A stretch of 64,000 nucleotides of DNA. Source: an uncultured Verrucomicrobiota bacterium (GTDB taxonomy: Bacteria; Verrucomicrobiota; Kiritimatiellia; JAAZAB01). The translations under genes and the position numbers were made by a program. Location of the stretch: NCBI GenBank assembly GCA_964475165.1, contig CAYYVN010000009.1, positions 9,348-73,347 of the forward strand, given 5' to 3'. This document shows positions 55,724 to 64,000 of this stretch, piece after piece. The notes under the pieces are model-generated. The model did no database searches, was not told where the DNA came from, and saw nothing but the letters and a program-made list of their open reading frames with translations. The stretch's first letter is position 1. Each line of letters starts with the position of its first letter.

Positions 55724-57733
55724 ATGAGCAGAAAACAGATCAAGGTGTTCGATACTGATCAGCGCATTCGCCTGGGTATCTGGGGGCTGGGGCGCGGGAT
55801 GAGCTTTTACCATACTTGCCGGCTGCTGAATATCGATGTGGTCGCCGGCTGCGATTATAACGCCCATATGCGCGAAAAATTCCTGGCGGCCAATCCGGAC
55901 GCCTTGGCCACCGCCGATGCCCAAGAGTTCCTGGATCATGATTTCGATGCCGTGCTCTTGGCCACCTATTGTCCCAATCATGCCGAGGACGCTATCCGCT
56001 GTCTGCAGGCTGGCAAACATGTGTTGGCGGAGGTCACCTCTTTTTTCACCCTGGCCCAAGGGGTGCGCCTGGTGGAGGCGGTGGAAAAAAGCGGACGCAT
56101 CTATAACCTGGCCGAGAATTATCCCTTCAGCGCGGCCAATATGTATCTGGCCCACCACTGGCAGGCGGGTCTCTTCGGCGAGTTGATGTATGCCGAATAT
56201 GAATACATGCATGAATGCCGGGCGCTGTCTTATACCTATATTGATGGTATGCCGGTGCAGCCGGGGCATACGGTGCATAACTGGCGCAGCTGGATGGATT
56301 TTCATTACTATTGCACCCATTCCCTGGGACCGGTCATGGTCATTACCGGCCGGCGCCCCACCAGAGTGGTCGCGCTCCCCGCCAGACAGCGTCTGGCCGG
56401 CTATCTGATCGAGGGCTCTGCCGGTACCGGGATGGGTGGCATCTCGCCCTCGCTGATCAGCATGGATAACGGCGGGGTGGTCCGCAATCTGATGGGTGCC
56501 AGCACCAATGATTCGCATATTCAAAGAATCTGGGGCACCCTCGGCTCAGCCGAGCTCAATACGGGTAAGGGCTTACAGTTGCGTTTGGGCGCGGCCGGCA
56601 CTTCGCCCAAGTTAGCCGTGACGCCCCGCGCGCATCAGCTGGGTGTTCTGGCCAGCAAGACCGGCCATGGGGGTGGCGATTTCTGGGTGCTCTATTATTT
56701 TGCCCGTCAGATTTTTACCGGAGAGAAGGCGCCCTTCGATATCTATCAAGCCTGCGATGTCACCATCCCCGGTATCCAGGCCTATCGCTCGTCGCAGGAG
56801 GAAGGGCAGCCTCAGGTTGTGCCTGACTTCCGTCAGCCCAAGGAACGCGATGCTTTCCGCAATGATCATTGGCAGCCGCAAGCCTATGATTATCAAAAGG
56901 GCGTCTTTGGCGGCATCAGCACTGGTCTGGCCAGCCAGTTTTCGAGGGTCATGGCTGCTCTGACCAGATACGCGCCCCTTTATCGGGCCTATGTCGATTG
57001 GAAAAAAATCCGCGCTGATCTGGTTACACCCGATGATTTCTTGCGACTGGCGCTGGCTCTCCTGCCGCACCTCAAGGAGCTTCAGGAAACCTACGCTCAG
57101 GCCGTCCGGATCAGCCAGGCTTATCCTGGCAGCGATGGTGCCCGCCTGCTCAAGGAAATGCTGGAGCTGGGTCATGCCGAAACAGTTATGGCGCCGGGCT
57201 TCGCAGCGCGTTTTCGGCGTGAATGGAGCTTGACTGTGCGTAAATACATGCGTCTGCCGCCGGCAGAGGCCGCCAGGCTGTTGGGGCCAGGGGTGCATCT
57301 GCTGCGCACCTATACCAGCATCAGTTCCGCGCGCATCAGTGCTCTGCTGCCTGAGTCTGGCTCCATCCGCAAGGTCGGCCTGCCGTCTAAAGGCCTGGTT
57401 TGGCGCTCACTGGCCGTGCAAGTCCTGGCTGACCGTTGCTTCTTGGATATGCGCCCCGTGCATGAGTCGCATAAGGATGGCCTGATTTATGGGGAGTGCA
57501 TCATCCAGCGGCCGCGCCGCGGCCGCGCCGCTTTGCAGTATGGGGCCGATGGTCCGGTTAAACTATGGTTGAATGGCAAGGAGGTTGCCTGCCGACCAGA
57601 GGCCACCAATCCCTTGAATCCACCCCGCTTCAAGGCGCTGCTGCAGTGGCGGCGCGGTCCCAACAAATTGCTCTTTGCCATGCGCACCAATGGGGGTAAG
57701 GCCTGGGGGCTCAGCCTGCTCCTGCCGGCTTGA
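55724..57733 (+). CDS. Gfo/Idh/MocA-family oxidoreductase with a ~300-aa C-terminal extension, possibly a beta-sandwich or sugar-binding domain.
   Basis: The N-terminal 350 aa are paralogous to 49916-51184 (IRLGIWGLGRGMSF; AGKHVLAEV; ENYPFSAAN; YYCTHSLGPVMVITG). The C-terminus ...GPVKLWLNGKEV...LLFAMRTNGGKAWGLSLLLPA looks like a jelly-roll domain. Confidence 0.55.
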   Translation: MSRKQIKVFDTDQRIRLGIWGLGRGMSFYHTCRLLNIDVVAGCDYNAHMREKFLAANPDALATADAQEFLDHDFDAVLLATYCPNHAEDAIRCLQAGKHVLAEVTSFFTLAQGVRLVEAVEKSGRIYNLAENYPFSAANMYLAHHWQAGLFGELMYAEYEYMHECRALSYTYIDGMPVQPGHTVHNWRSWMDFHYYCTHSLGPVMVITGRRPTRVVALPARQRLAGYLIEGSAGTGMGGISPSLISMDNGGVVRNLMGASTNDSHIQRIWGTLGSAELNTGKGLQLRLGAAGTSPKLAVTPRAHQLGVLASKTGHGGGDFWVLYYFARQIFTGEKAPFDIYQACDVTIPGIQAYRSSQEEGQPQVVPDFRQPKERDAFRNDHWQPQAYDYQKGVFGGISTGLASQFSRVMAALTRYAPLYRAYVDWKKIRADLVTPDDFLRLALALLPHLKELQETYAQAVRISQAYPGSDGARLLKEMLELGHAETVMAPGFAARFRREWSLTVRKYMRLPPAEAARLLGPGVHLLRTYTSISSARISALLPESGSIRKVGLPSKGLVWRSLAVQVLADRCFLDMRPVHESHKDGLIYGECIIQRPRRGRAALQYGADGPVKLWLNGKEVACRPEATNPLNPPRFKALLQWRRGPNKLLFAMRTNGGKAWGLSLLLPA

Positions 57734-57774
57734 GGCCGCACGCCAACCGCCGGCGCGAGAGGCTTAGCAGGGCT

Positions 57775-59130
57775 TTACTCAGCTGGCCGCGAGTCTTGTT
57801 TGCCAGGCGCCGCTGGGCTGTGCCGGTCTTTTTCCAGCAAGGCCAGAGTGGCTCCGGCCAGGAAGAGCGAGCCGCAGATGCAGATAGCGCCAGCATGTTC
57901 CTCTGCCCAAGCTCTGCTTTGCGTTAAGGCTTCCGGCAGTGAAGCCACCTTGACCGGCCAGCCCCGGGCTTGGACTTGCGCGGCCAGTTCTTGTGGTGCT
58001 AGAGAGCGCTCGTTATTCAGCGGAACTGTCCAGCAATGTTTAACCAGTCCTTGCCAGGGCCGTAGGAAGCCAGCGACATCCTTATCGGCGCACATGCCCA
58101 GGATCAGGCCCAGGGGTTTATGGGGCAGCAGTTCCTTGAGGGTCTGGACGAGGGCGCCAGCGGCTTCCGGATTATGTGCGCCATCCACGAGCATCACCGG
58201 CTCCTGCGAGATCAGCTGGCAACGGCCGGGCCAGTGCGTTGTTTCCAACCCCCGCTTAACGGTGGCGGGTGGCAGATCCCAACCGGCTTGGCGCGCCAAT
58301 TCCTCGGCCGCGGTCAAGGCAATGGCCGCATTGCCCAGTTGAAAAGTTCCCAACAAGGGCAGGGTCAAGGTGCCGTAGGAGTGGGTGGCTGATGCGAGGC
58401 TGATTTTTTGTCCTGCCAGATCCTGTTGCCGGCGGTGGATGGAGACATTGTCTTGAGCCAGGATCAGAGGAGCCTCTTGTTCGGCGGCCAGGCGGCGGAT
58501 TTCGGTTAGAGCGGCTTCGGGCAAGGCTCCCACCACCAGCGGGCGGCGGGGTTTGATGATGCCGCCTTTTTCGCGCGCGATCGCCGCTATTTCCCGGCCC
58601 AGATATTGGGCATGTTCCCGGCTGATGCCGGTGATCACGGAAAGCAGGGGGGTGATGACGTTGGTGGCATCGAGCCGCCCGCCGAGGCCTGTCTCCAGGA
58701 TCACCAGTTCCACCTGCTGTTGCTGGAAGTATGCGAAGGCGACAGCGGTGGCGAATTCAAAAAAAGTGGCTTCCCGCCCGCCGGGCTGGGCGGCCAGGTG
58801 GCGGTCAGCGGCGTCGACTTTAGCGATCAAAGCGCTCAGCTGGCTTTGGCTGATGGGCTGACCGGCGACCTTGATCCGTTCAGAGAAGCTGATCAGGTGC
58901 GGGGATGTATAGAGGCCGGTTTTCAGGCCGGCCGCGCGGAAAACAGACTCGAGCATAGCACAGACCGATCCCTTGCCATTGGTGCCGGCGACATGAATAC
59001 AGGCCAGCTTTTTTTGGGGGTGCCCCAGCCGCGCGAGGAGCTCTTGTTCCGTTTCCAGGCCGAACTTGATGCCGCTGGCTGGTCGGCGATACAACTGAGC
59101 TAGGGTGGCGTCCAGGTGCGGATCGCTCAT
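57775..59130 (-). CDS. folC: Dihydrofolate synthase / folylpolyglutamate synthase.
   Basis: Mur-ligase P-loop ...CIHVAGTNGKGSV...LYTSPHLISFSERIKV... Confidence 0.85.
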   Translation of the reverse strand: MSDPHLDATLAQLYRRPASGIKFGLETEQELLARLGHPQKKLACIHVAGTNGKGSVCAMLESVFRAAGLKTGLYTSPHLISFSERIKVAGQPISQSQLSALIAKVDAADRHLAAQPGGREATFFEFATAVAFAYFQQQQVELVILETGLGGRLDATNVITPLLSVITGISREHAQYLGREIAAIAREKGGIIKPRRPLVVGALPEAALTEIRRLAAEQEAPLILAQDNVSIHRRQQDLAGQKISLASATHSYGTLTLPLLGTFQLGNAAIALTAAEELARQAGWDLPPATVKRGLETTHWPGRCQLISQEPVMLVDGAHNPEAAGALVQTLKELLPHKPLGLILGMCADKDVAGFLRPWQGLVKHCWTVPLNNERSLAPQELAAQVQARGWPVKVASLPEALTQSRAWAEEHAGAICICGSLFLAGATLALLEKDRHSPAAPGKQDSRPAE

Positions 59131-59179
59131 AATGCTTCTTTCACGCTCTCAGACCAGGCGGCGCAGGGGCCGCTTTGGC

Positions 59180-60070
59180 TTATATGCTTTGGGCATCGGC
59201 GACGGCGGCGCGACAGACCGGCGGTGGTGTGCCGCGGCCCAGGTAGCCCAACAGGAGCATGAGCGTCTCCTTGAGGTTCTGGCGGTTGACGATCATATCT
59301 ATCAAGCCGTGCTTGAGCATGAATTCGGAGCGCTGGAAACCAGGGGGGATATTCTCGCGCGTGGTTTCCTTGATAACGCGCGGCCCGGCAAAGCCGATCA
59401 AGGCGCGCGGTTCGGCGATGATGACATCTCCCAGCGTAGCATAGCTGGCCATGACGCCGGCGGTGGAAGGATGGGTCAGGATGGAGATATAGGGCAGATT
59501 AGCCGCGGCATGCCGTGCCAGCGCCGCGCTGGTTTTAGCCATTTGCATCAAGCTGTATAAGCCCTCATACATGCGCGCTCCGCCGGTAGCCGAAATGATC
59601 ACCACCGGTATTTTTTGGGCTGTGGCCCGTTCCACCAGGCGGGTGACTTTCTCGCCCACCACCGAGCCCATGCTGCCGCCCAGAAAGCGAAAATCCATAA
59701 TCCCCAGCGCCACGGCGAAGGGGCCGATGCGCGCCTGTCCGCAGACGATGGCATCTTTCAAGCCGCTTTTTTTACGGCTCTCAGCCAGCTTAGCGGTATA
59801 GGAGACCTGCCCCTGAAACTGCAGCGGATCCACGCTCACCAGATTGGCATCCCATTCCTCAAAGGAACCTTCCTCGGTGAGCAGCGCCAGGCGTTCCTGC
59901 CAGGTGATCGAAAAATGGTGGGCGCACTTGGGGCAGACGCCATGCCCGGATTCGATCTCGTGTTTATAGACGATTTCCTGGCATTCCGGGCATTTAACCC
60001 AAAGACCATCCGGCAGGGTTTTCTTGCGGACTTTGATGGAGGTATATTTTTTGCGGCTGAATAAACGCAT
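59180..60070 (-). CDS. accD: Acetyl-CoA carboxylase carboxyltransferase beta subunit.
   Basis: N-terminal Zn ribbon (CPECQEIVYKHEIESGHGVCPKCAHH) and carboxyltransferase domain. Confidence 0.85.
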   Translation of the reverse strand: MRLFSRKKYTSIKVRKKTLPDGLWVKCPECQEIVYKHEIESGHGVCPKCAHHFSITWQERLALLTEEGSFEEWDANLVSVDPLQFQGQVSYTAKLAESRKKSGLKDAIVCGQARIGPFAVALGIMDFRFLGGSMGSVVGEKVTRLVERATAQKIPVVIISATGGARMYEGLYSLMQMAKTSAALARHAAANLPYISILTHPSTAGVMASYATLGDVIIAEPRALIGFAGPRVIKETTRENIPPGFQRSEFMLKHGLIDMIVNRQNLKETLMLLLGYLGRGTPPPVCRAAVADAQSI

Positions 60071-60136
60071 GGCGCTATTCTCTATTCAGTTTGGGCGGCT
60101 CAAAAGCGGCCAGCATCGCCAGTGGTTATTATTACC

Positions 60137-60877
60137 TCATCCTCGGGCCACGGTCAAAACATAAACGGCCTCGGCCCCGGCCTGTTTGAGTGTGCGGGCA
60201 CATTCATTGACGGTGGCCCCGGTGGTCATGACGTCATCAATCAGCAGCACGCGCCGACCGGCGGCGGCACCTTTTTTGGTTACCGCAAAAGAGCTTTTTA
60301 TATTAGCGCGCCGGGCGCGGGCTGTCAAATGAGTTTGGGTGGGGGTGGGGCGGGTTTTAATCAAGAGTTGTTGCAGGCGGATATGGCTGGTCTTGTGCAG
60401 CTCACGCGCCAAGAGTTCGGCCTGGTTATAGGAACGCTCCCGTTCCTTGGTGCTATGGAGCGGGATATAACAGAGGGTATCCAGGGCGAGCGGCATGTAA
60501 TAGACGCGCCAGGCGGCCAGCAAGAGCTGTCCCAAATCATGGCTCAGCCAGGTGGCACGATGATATTTGAACTCCTGCAGGGCGCTTTGCATTACGCCTC
60601 GATAGCGCGCCGCCGCGCGGGCCAGATCAAAGTGGGGCCGATCAGCTTGGCAGCTCGCGCAGTGGAAAGCGTGTGCGCTGCTGCCGGCGATGGGATCACC
60701 GCAGCAATGGCAGAAAGGCGGCTTGATCCAAGCTAAATGTGCCAGACAATCCCAGCAGAAATAGCGGGCGGTCGCTTCCGGCGCCTGCCCGCAACCGACG
60801 CACACCCGCGGAAAGAGCAGGTCGGCGAGCGCCTGTTGTAACCCCCTGGATATTCCTGTTGCTAAGAGCGTTGCCAT
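60137..60877 (-). CDS. comF: ComF/GntX-family phosphoribosyltransferase-domain protein.
   Basis: N-terminal double Zn-finger (CVGCGQ...CWDC...CHCCGDP...CASC). C-terminal PRTase motif VLLIDDVMTTGATV. Confidence 0.75.
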   Translation of the reverse strand: MATLLATGISRGLQQALADLLFPRVCVGCGQAPEATARYFCWDCLAHLAWIKPPFCHCCGDPIAGSSAHAFHCASCQADRPHFDLARAAARYRGVMQSALQEFKYHRATWLSHDLGQLLLAAWRVYYMPLALDTLCYIPLHSTKERERSYNQAELLARELHKTSHIRLQQLLIKTRPTPTQTHLTARARRANIKSSFAVTKKGAAAGRRVLLIDDVMTTGATVNECARTLKQAGAEAVYVLTVARG

Positions 60878-61038
60878 TGCTTAAGATGCTCCATGGTAGC
60901 TTGGGCTCCGGATGGCGCTAGAGATAGGGTCCCGATCGGGAGCGGGCGCCTACCTCTAAAATGTCTGGTTAGGCCCCTGGCTGGCAAGCCAAGCACACGG
61001 GAGGAAATGAAGTGGTTCGGAATCATAAGGAGCATGCT

Positions 61039-61416
61039 ATGTCGCTGCAAGTTAAAGTGTCAAAGCAAAAAGAAGGTTATTTTGTGGTGACTCTGAATGG
61101 CCGGCTCGATTCGCAGTCCACCCCCCTCTGTGAGGGGCACTTGCAGCCGGTGCTCTCCGGCGCCGCCCGCGTGGTAGTGCTGGATTTATCGCTTTTGGAT
61201 TATATCAGCAGCATGGGTCTGCGCCTGCTGCTCAAGGCGCGTCAGACGTTGACCGCGCAAAACGCACATTTGATCCTGACCAACCTGCAGCCGCAGATCG
61301 CCAAGGTCTTCGAGATCGCCCAGGCTCTGCCGCCCCAGACCATCTTCGCCAGCCAGGCCGAAGCCGATCATTATTTGGATGTTATGCAGCGCCGTGCGCG
61401 CGAGCAAAAAATCTAA
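61039..61416 (+). CDS. STAS-domain protein (anti-sigma-factor-antagonist-like).
   Basis: ...VVTLNGRLDSQSTPLCEGHLQPVL...VVLDLSLLDYISSMGLRLLLKARQ... ATG at 61039 after AAGGAG. Confidence 0.65.
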   Translation: MSLQVKVSKQKEGYFVVTLNGRLDSQSTPLCEGHLQPVLSGAARVVVLDLSLLDYISSMGLRLLLKARQTLTAQNAHLILTNLQPQIAKVFEIAQALPPQTIFASQAEADHYLDVMQRRAREQKI

Positions 61417-62237
61417 GCCCCCCTGTCTGGCAGTTTCAGAGCATGCTGTCGCAAGCAACGTTTGAGGGCGCCATGCAGGCGCGCATTGCTGGCCACACAG
61501 GCCACCCGATGTTGGGCGTCTTGATCCAAGATGGTGCAGCGTCCGCCGGCTTGTTGCACGATCAGGCTGGCGGCAGCCATATCCCAAAGATAAATGCCGC
61601 TTTCAAAATAGCCGTCTATTTTGCCGCTGGCCACCAGACAAAGGTCCAGAGCGGCCGAGCCCATCACGCGCAGCTTTTGGGTTCTAGCGGATAAGGCGCA
61701 GAGTAGATCCGCCACGCTCCTTTGGCCGCAACGATCCTTATTGATGCCGGTGGCCACCATGGCTTGCGCCAGGCGTGCGGTGTCGGAGACAGCAATCGGT
61801 CGGCCGTTGCAGAGCGCTGGCGCGCCGCTCCGGGCCATATAGCAAGCTCGTAATTCGGGTGCGTAGACGGCCCCGGCCACGATCCTGCCCTGCACCCGCA
61901 GGGCCACCGAGCTGCACCAGAGATGCAAGCCATGAAAAAAATTAACCGTGCCGTCAATGGGATCTATGATCCAGGTAGGCTCACCTGCCAGGCTGGTGGC
62001 CTGGGTATCTTCCTCGCCCAGCATGGCATGGCGTGGATAGCGGCGCCGGATAATCCTCTCGGCCACATCCTGGCATTCGCGGTCCAGCTTGAGTTTGAGA
62101 TCATGCGCGAAGCGCTGGGTCACTTCGCGGCGCCGCTGGCTCTGGCGCAGGGCATGCCGACCGGCGGCCATGGCGGCGGCGCGCGCACAATCCAAGTAGG
62201 CCTCCAAGGTGGGGTGGGATAAGGTTTTATCTTGCAT
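61413..62237 (-). CDS. Inositol monophosphatase-family phosphatase (SuhB-like).
   Basis: ...WIIDPIDGTVNFFHGLHLWCSSVAL... metal-binding motifs. Start at 62237 (MQDKTLSHPTLEAYLD...). The track ORF runs to 62273. Confidence 0.8.
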   Translation of the reverse strand: MQDKTLSHPTLEAYLDCARAAAMAAGRHALRQSQRRREVTQRFAHDLKLKLDRECQDVAERIIRRRYPRHAMLGEEDTQATSLAGEPTWIIDPIDGTVNFFHGLHLWCSSVALRVQGRIVAGAVYAPELRACYMARSGAPALCNGRPIAVSDTARLAQAMVATGINKDRCGQRSVADLLCALSARTQKLRVMGSAALDLCLVASGKIDGYFESGIYLWDMAAASLIVQQAGGRCTILDQDAQHRVACVASNARLHGALKRCLRQHALKLPDRGA

Positions 62238-62327
62238 AGCCGATTTTGTGAAATGTTTGCCGCCGCGGCGCACTCTGCACCATCAAAATAATATAGCTAG
62301 AGCCTATTGTCCAGCACCAAAAGGGGG

Positions 62328-64000
62328 CTATTCATATCTCAAGGCGTCAATCGGGTTGAGGCGTGCGGCTTTGCGCGCCGGCCAGAGCCCGAAAATGATG
62401 CCCACCAGCGCGGAGAATCCCACCGCCAACAGAATGGAAGAGGCCGTTACGATAGAGTGCCAGCCGGCCAGGTGGGAGATGAGCAGGCTGCTGAACCAGC
62501 CGGTCATGATGCCGATACCACCTCCGGCCAGGCTGACCACCAGCGCTTCGGTGAGGAACTGCAAGAGGATATCGCGGTGGCGCGCCCCCACCGCTTTGCG
62601 GATGCCGATCTCGCGCGTGCGTTCCGTGACCGATACCAGCATGATATTCATAATGCCAATGCCGCCCACCAACAAGGATACCGCGGCAATGGAGGCCAGC
62701 AGCCAGGAGAGCGTGCGCTGCGTCTCAGTGATCATGGCCTTTATTTCGGCTACATCGCGAATGTTGATGGCATCCTTCTGACTCTCCGGCAGGCGATGCA
62801 GACGTTGGATCAGGCTTTTAATCTCCTCCTGGGCGCTGGGGATTTCCTGTTCCGAACGGATTTCAATATCGATGCTATCCAGATATTCGCGGCCCAGCAG
62901 GCGGAACATGGCCGTGGAGACGGGGATGAGAATGATATCATCTTGGTCCTGCCAGCCGCTGGCCCCTTTTTCCGGCAGGATACCTATGACCAGGAAATTA
63001 TTCTTGTTGATTTTGATGTATTCGCCCAGAGGGTTAGCCTCGCCGAATAATTCGCGCACCAGCGTTTGCCCCAGCACGGCCAGGCGTGCGCGCCGTGTGG
63101 TTTCGGCGGCCGTAAAAAAGCGACCGCTGCGCGGCTCACTGGCGCGCATGGCGGCGTAATCAGGATCCACACCCATGATGCGCGTGTTCCAGTTCTTGTT
63201 GCCGTAGGTGACCTGGCCGCGTCCCTGCACGATGCCCCCGGCGCGTTGCACTGCCGGCACGGCCGCGCGGATTTCGGCAATATCCTGGGGTTTGAAGCGC
63301 GTCACCGCTCCGGCCTCATAGGCTACCCCAGCCACGCGGCGCGCGCCTGAGCGCAGGGTTAGCATATTCGAGCCCAGCGAAGCCAATTGTTCACTGATCG
63401 CTTCGCGCGCCCCGGCGCCAATGGCCAGCATGGCGATCACGGCGGCCACGCCGATCAAGATGCCCAGCAAAGAAAGGGCGCTGCGGGTTTTATTGGCCAA
63501 GAGCGCCCGCCAGGCTTGATGGAGGTTATGCGAGGTTTCGCCCAGCAGCGACCCGCCCTCAGCGCGCTTGGGGTGAGGGGGCGGCGGCGCGCTCGGCGCT
63601 GGAGCCTGGATGTGCGGCGTGGCCGTATCCGTTTGAATCAAGCCATCGCGCATGCGGATGATGCGCTGCGCCTGAGCGGCGATCTCGTTTTCGTGCGTGA
63701 CCATGACGATGGTGATGCCGCGCCGGTTGAGATCTTTGAGAATGGCCATGATCTCGGCCGCACTGGCCGAGTCCAGGTTGCCGGTGGGCTCATCCGCCAG
63801 AATCAGGCGCGGGTTGTGGATCAGGGCGCGGGCGATTGCCACGCGCTGCTGCTGGCCGCCGGAGAGTTCGTTGGGCTGATGCCCCAGGCGATCGGCTAGG
63901 CCGACGGCTGCCAGAAGTTCCCTGGCCCTCTGATGGTTTTGGCGTTGGCCGCCCGGGGCATAAAGCATGGGCAACATGGCGTTTTCGAGGGCATTGGCGC
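62328..64000 (-). CDS. MacB-like ABC transporter with fused ATPase + FtsX permease. The 5' end lies beyond the right edge of the window.
   Basis: ABC signature [15 protein letters not shown] and Walker [13 protein letters not shown], followed by a four-TM FtsX-type permease. The frame stays open upstream of the listed ATG through position 64000 (..[11 protein letters not shown]..). Confidence 0.75.
   Translation of the reverse strand, partial: ANALENAMLPMLYAPGGQRQNHQRARELLAAVGLADRLGHQPNELSGGQQQRVAIARALIHNPRLILADEPTGNLDSASAAEIMAILKDLNRRGITIVMVTHENEIAAQAQRIIRMRDGLIQTDTATPHIQAPAPSAPPPPHPKRAEGGSLLGETSHNLHQAWRALLANKTRSALSLLGILIGVAAVIAMLAIGAGAREAISEQLASLGSNMLTLRSGARRVAGVAYEAGAVTRFKPQDIAEIRAAVPAVQRAGGIVQGRGQVTYGNKNWNTRIMGVDPDYAAMRASEPRSGRFFTAAETTRRARLAVLGQTLVRELFGEANPLGEYIKINKNNFLVIGILPEKGASGWQDQDDIILIPVSTAMFRLLGREYLDSIDIEIRSEQEIPSAQEEIKSLIQRLHRLPESQKDAINIRDVAEIKAMITETQRTLSWLLASIAAVSLLVGGIGIMNIMLVSVTERTREIGIRKAVGARHRDILLQFLTEALVVSLAGGGIGIMTGWFSSLLISHLAGWHSIVTASSILLAVGFSALVGIIFGLWPARKAARLNPIDALRYE

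Overview
This is a GC-rich chromosomal segment from a diderm (outer-membrane) bacterium. Most of it is densely packed housekeeping genes. A few accessory islands sit between them. Family assignments come from reading motifs in the translated ORFs, not from database searches.

Overall layout:
- Minus strand, 1-15.8 kb: lysA-like (partial), argD, argB, argJ, rpsI, rplM, lpxD, skp, bamA, dnaB, rplI, rpsR, ssb, rpsF, pth, ctc/rplY, prs, tRNA-Gln, ispE.
- A ~600 bp non-coding gap follows, holding a candidate small RNA.
- Plus strand, 16.5-20.5 kb: a membrane glycosylation module made of a GT39/ArnT-like transferase, a PIG-L/LmbE deacetylase and a MATE/Wzx-like transporter.
- Middle section: a lipoprotein, serC, tRNA-Thr, rpoD carrying an AKPAASRA-repeat N-terminus, archease, a secreted pentapeptide-repeat protein, rubredoxin (under 60 aa, absent from the ORF track), rubrerythrin, a short nucleotide-sugar dehydrogenase, an outer-membrane beta-barrel, fhs, a DEAD-box helicase, an amidase, a large beta-helix/PKD protein, tRNA-Val, purN, nth, hisG, a 31-aa bS22-like ribosomal micro-ORF, a TPR lipoprotein, tRNA-Arg, a 1,115-aa secreted coiled-coil protein, manA and an rluA-family gene.
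- Plus strand, 45.6-57.7 kb: a DeoR-regulated operon with translationally coupled genes. It holds a class-III aminotransferase, three Gfo/Idh/MocA oxidoreductases, a class-I (DhnA-type) aldolase, an amidohydrolase::GNAT fusion, an AraA-family isomerase and an FGGY kinase. I read this as the most likely candidate for an undescribed sugar or amino-sugar pathway.
- Right end: folC, accD, comF, a STAS protein, an inositol monophosphatase and a partial macB-like ABC transporter.

I found no CRISPR array, transposase or integrase.
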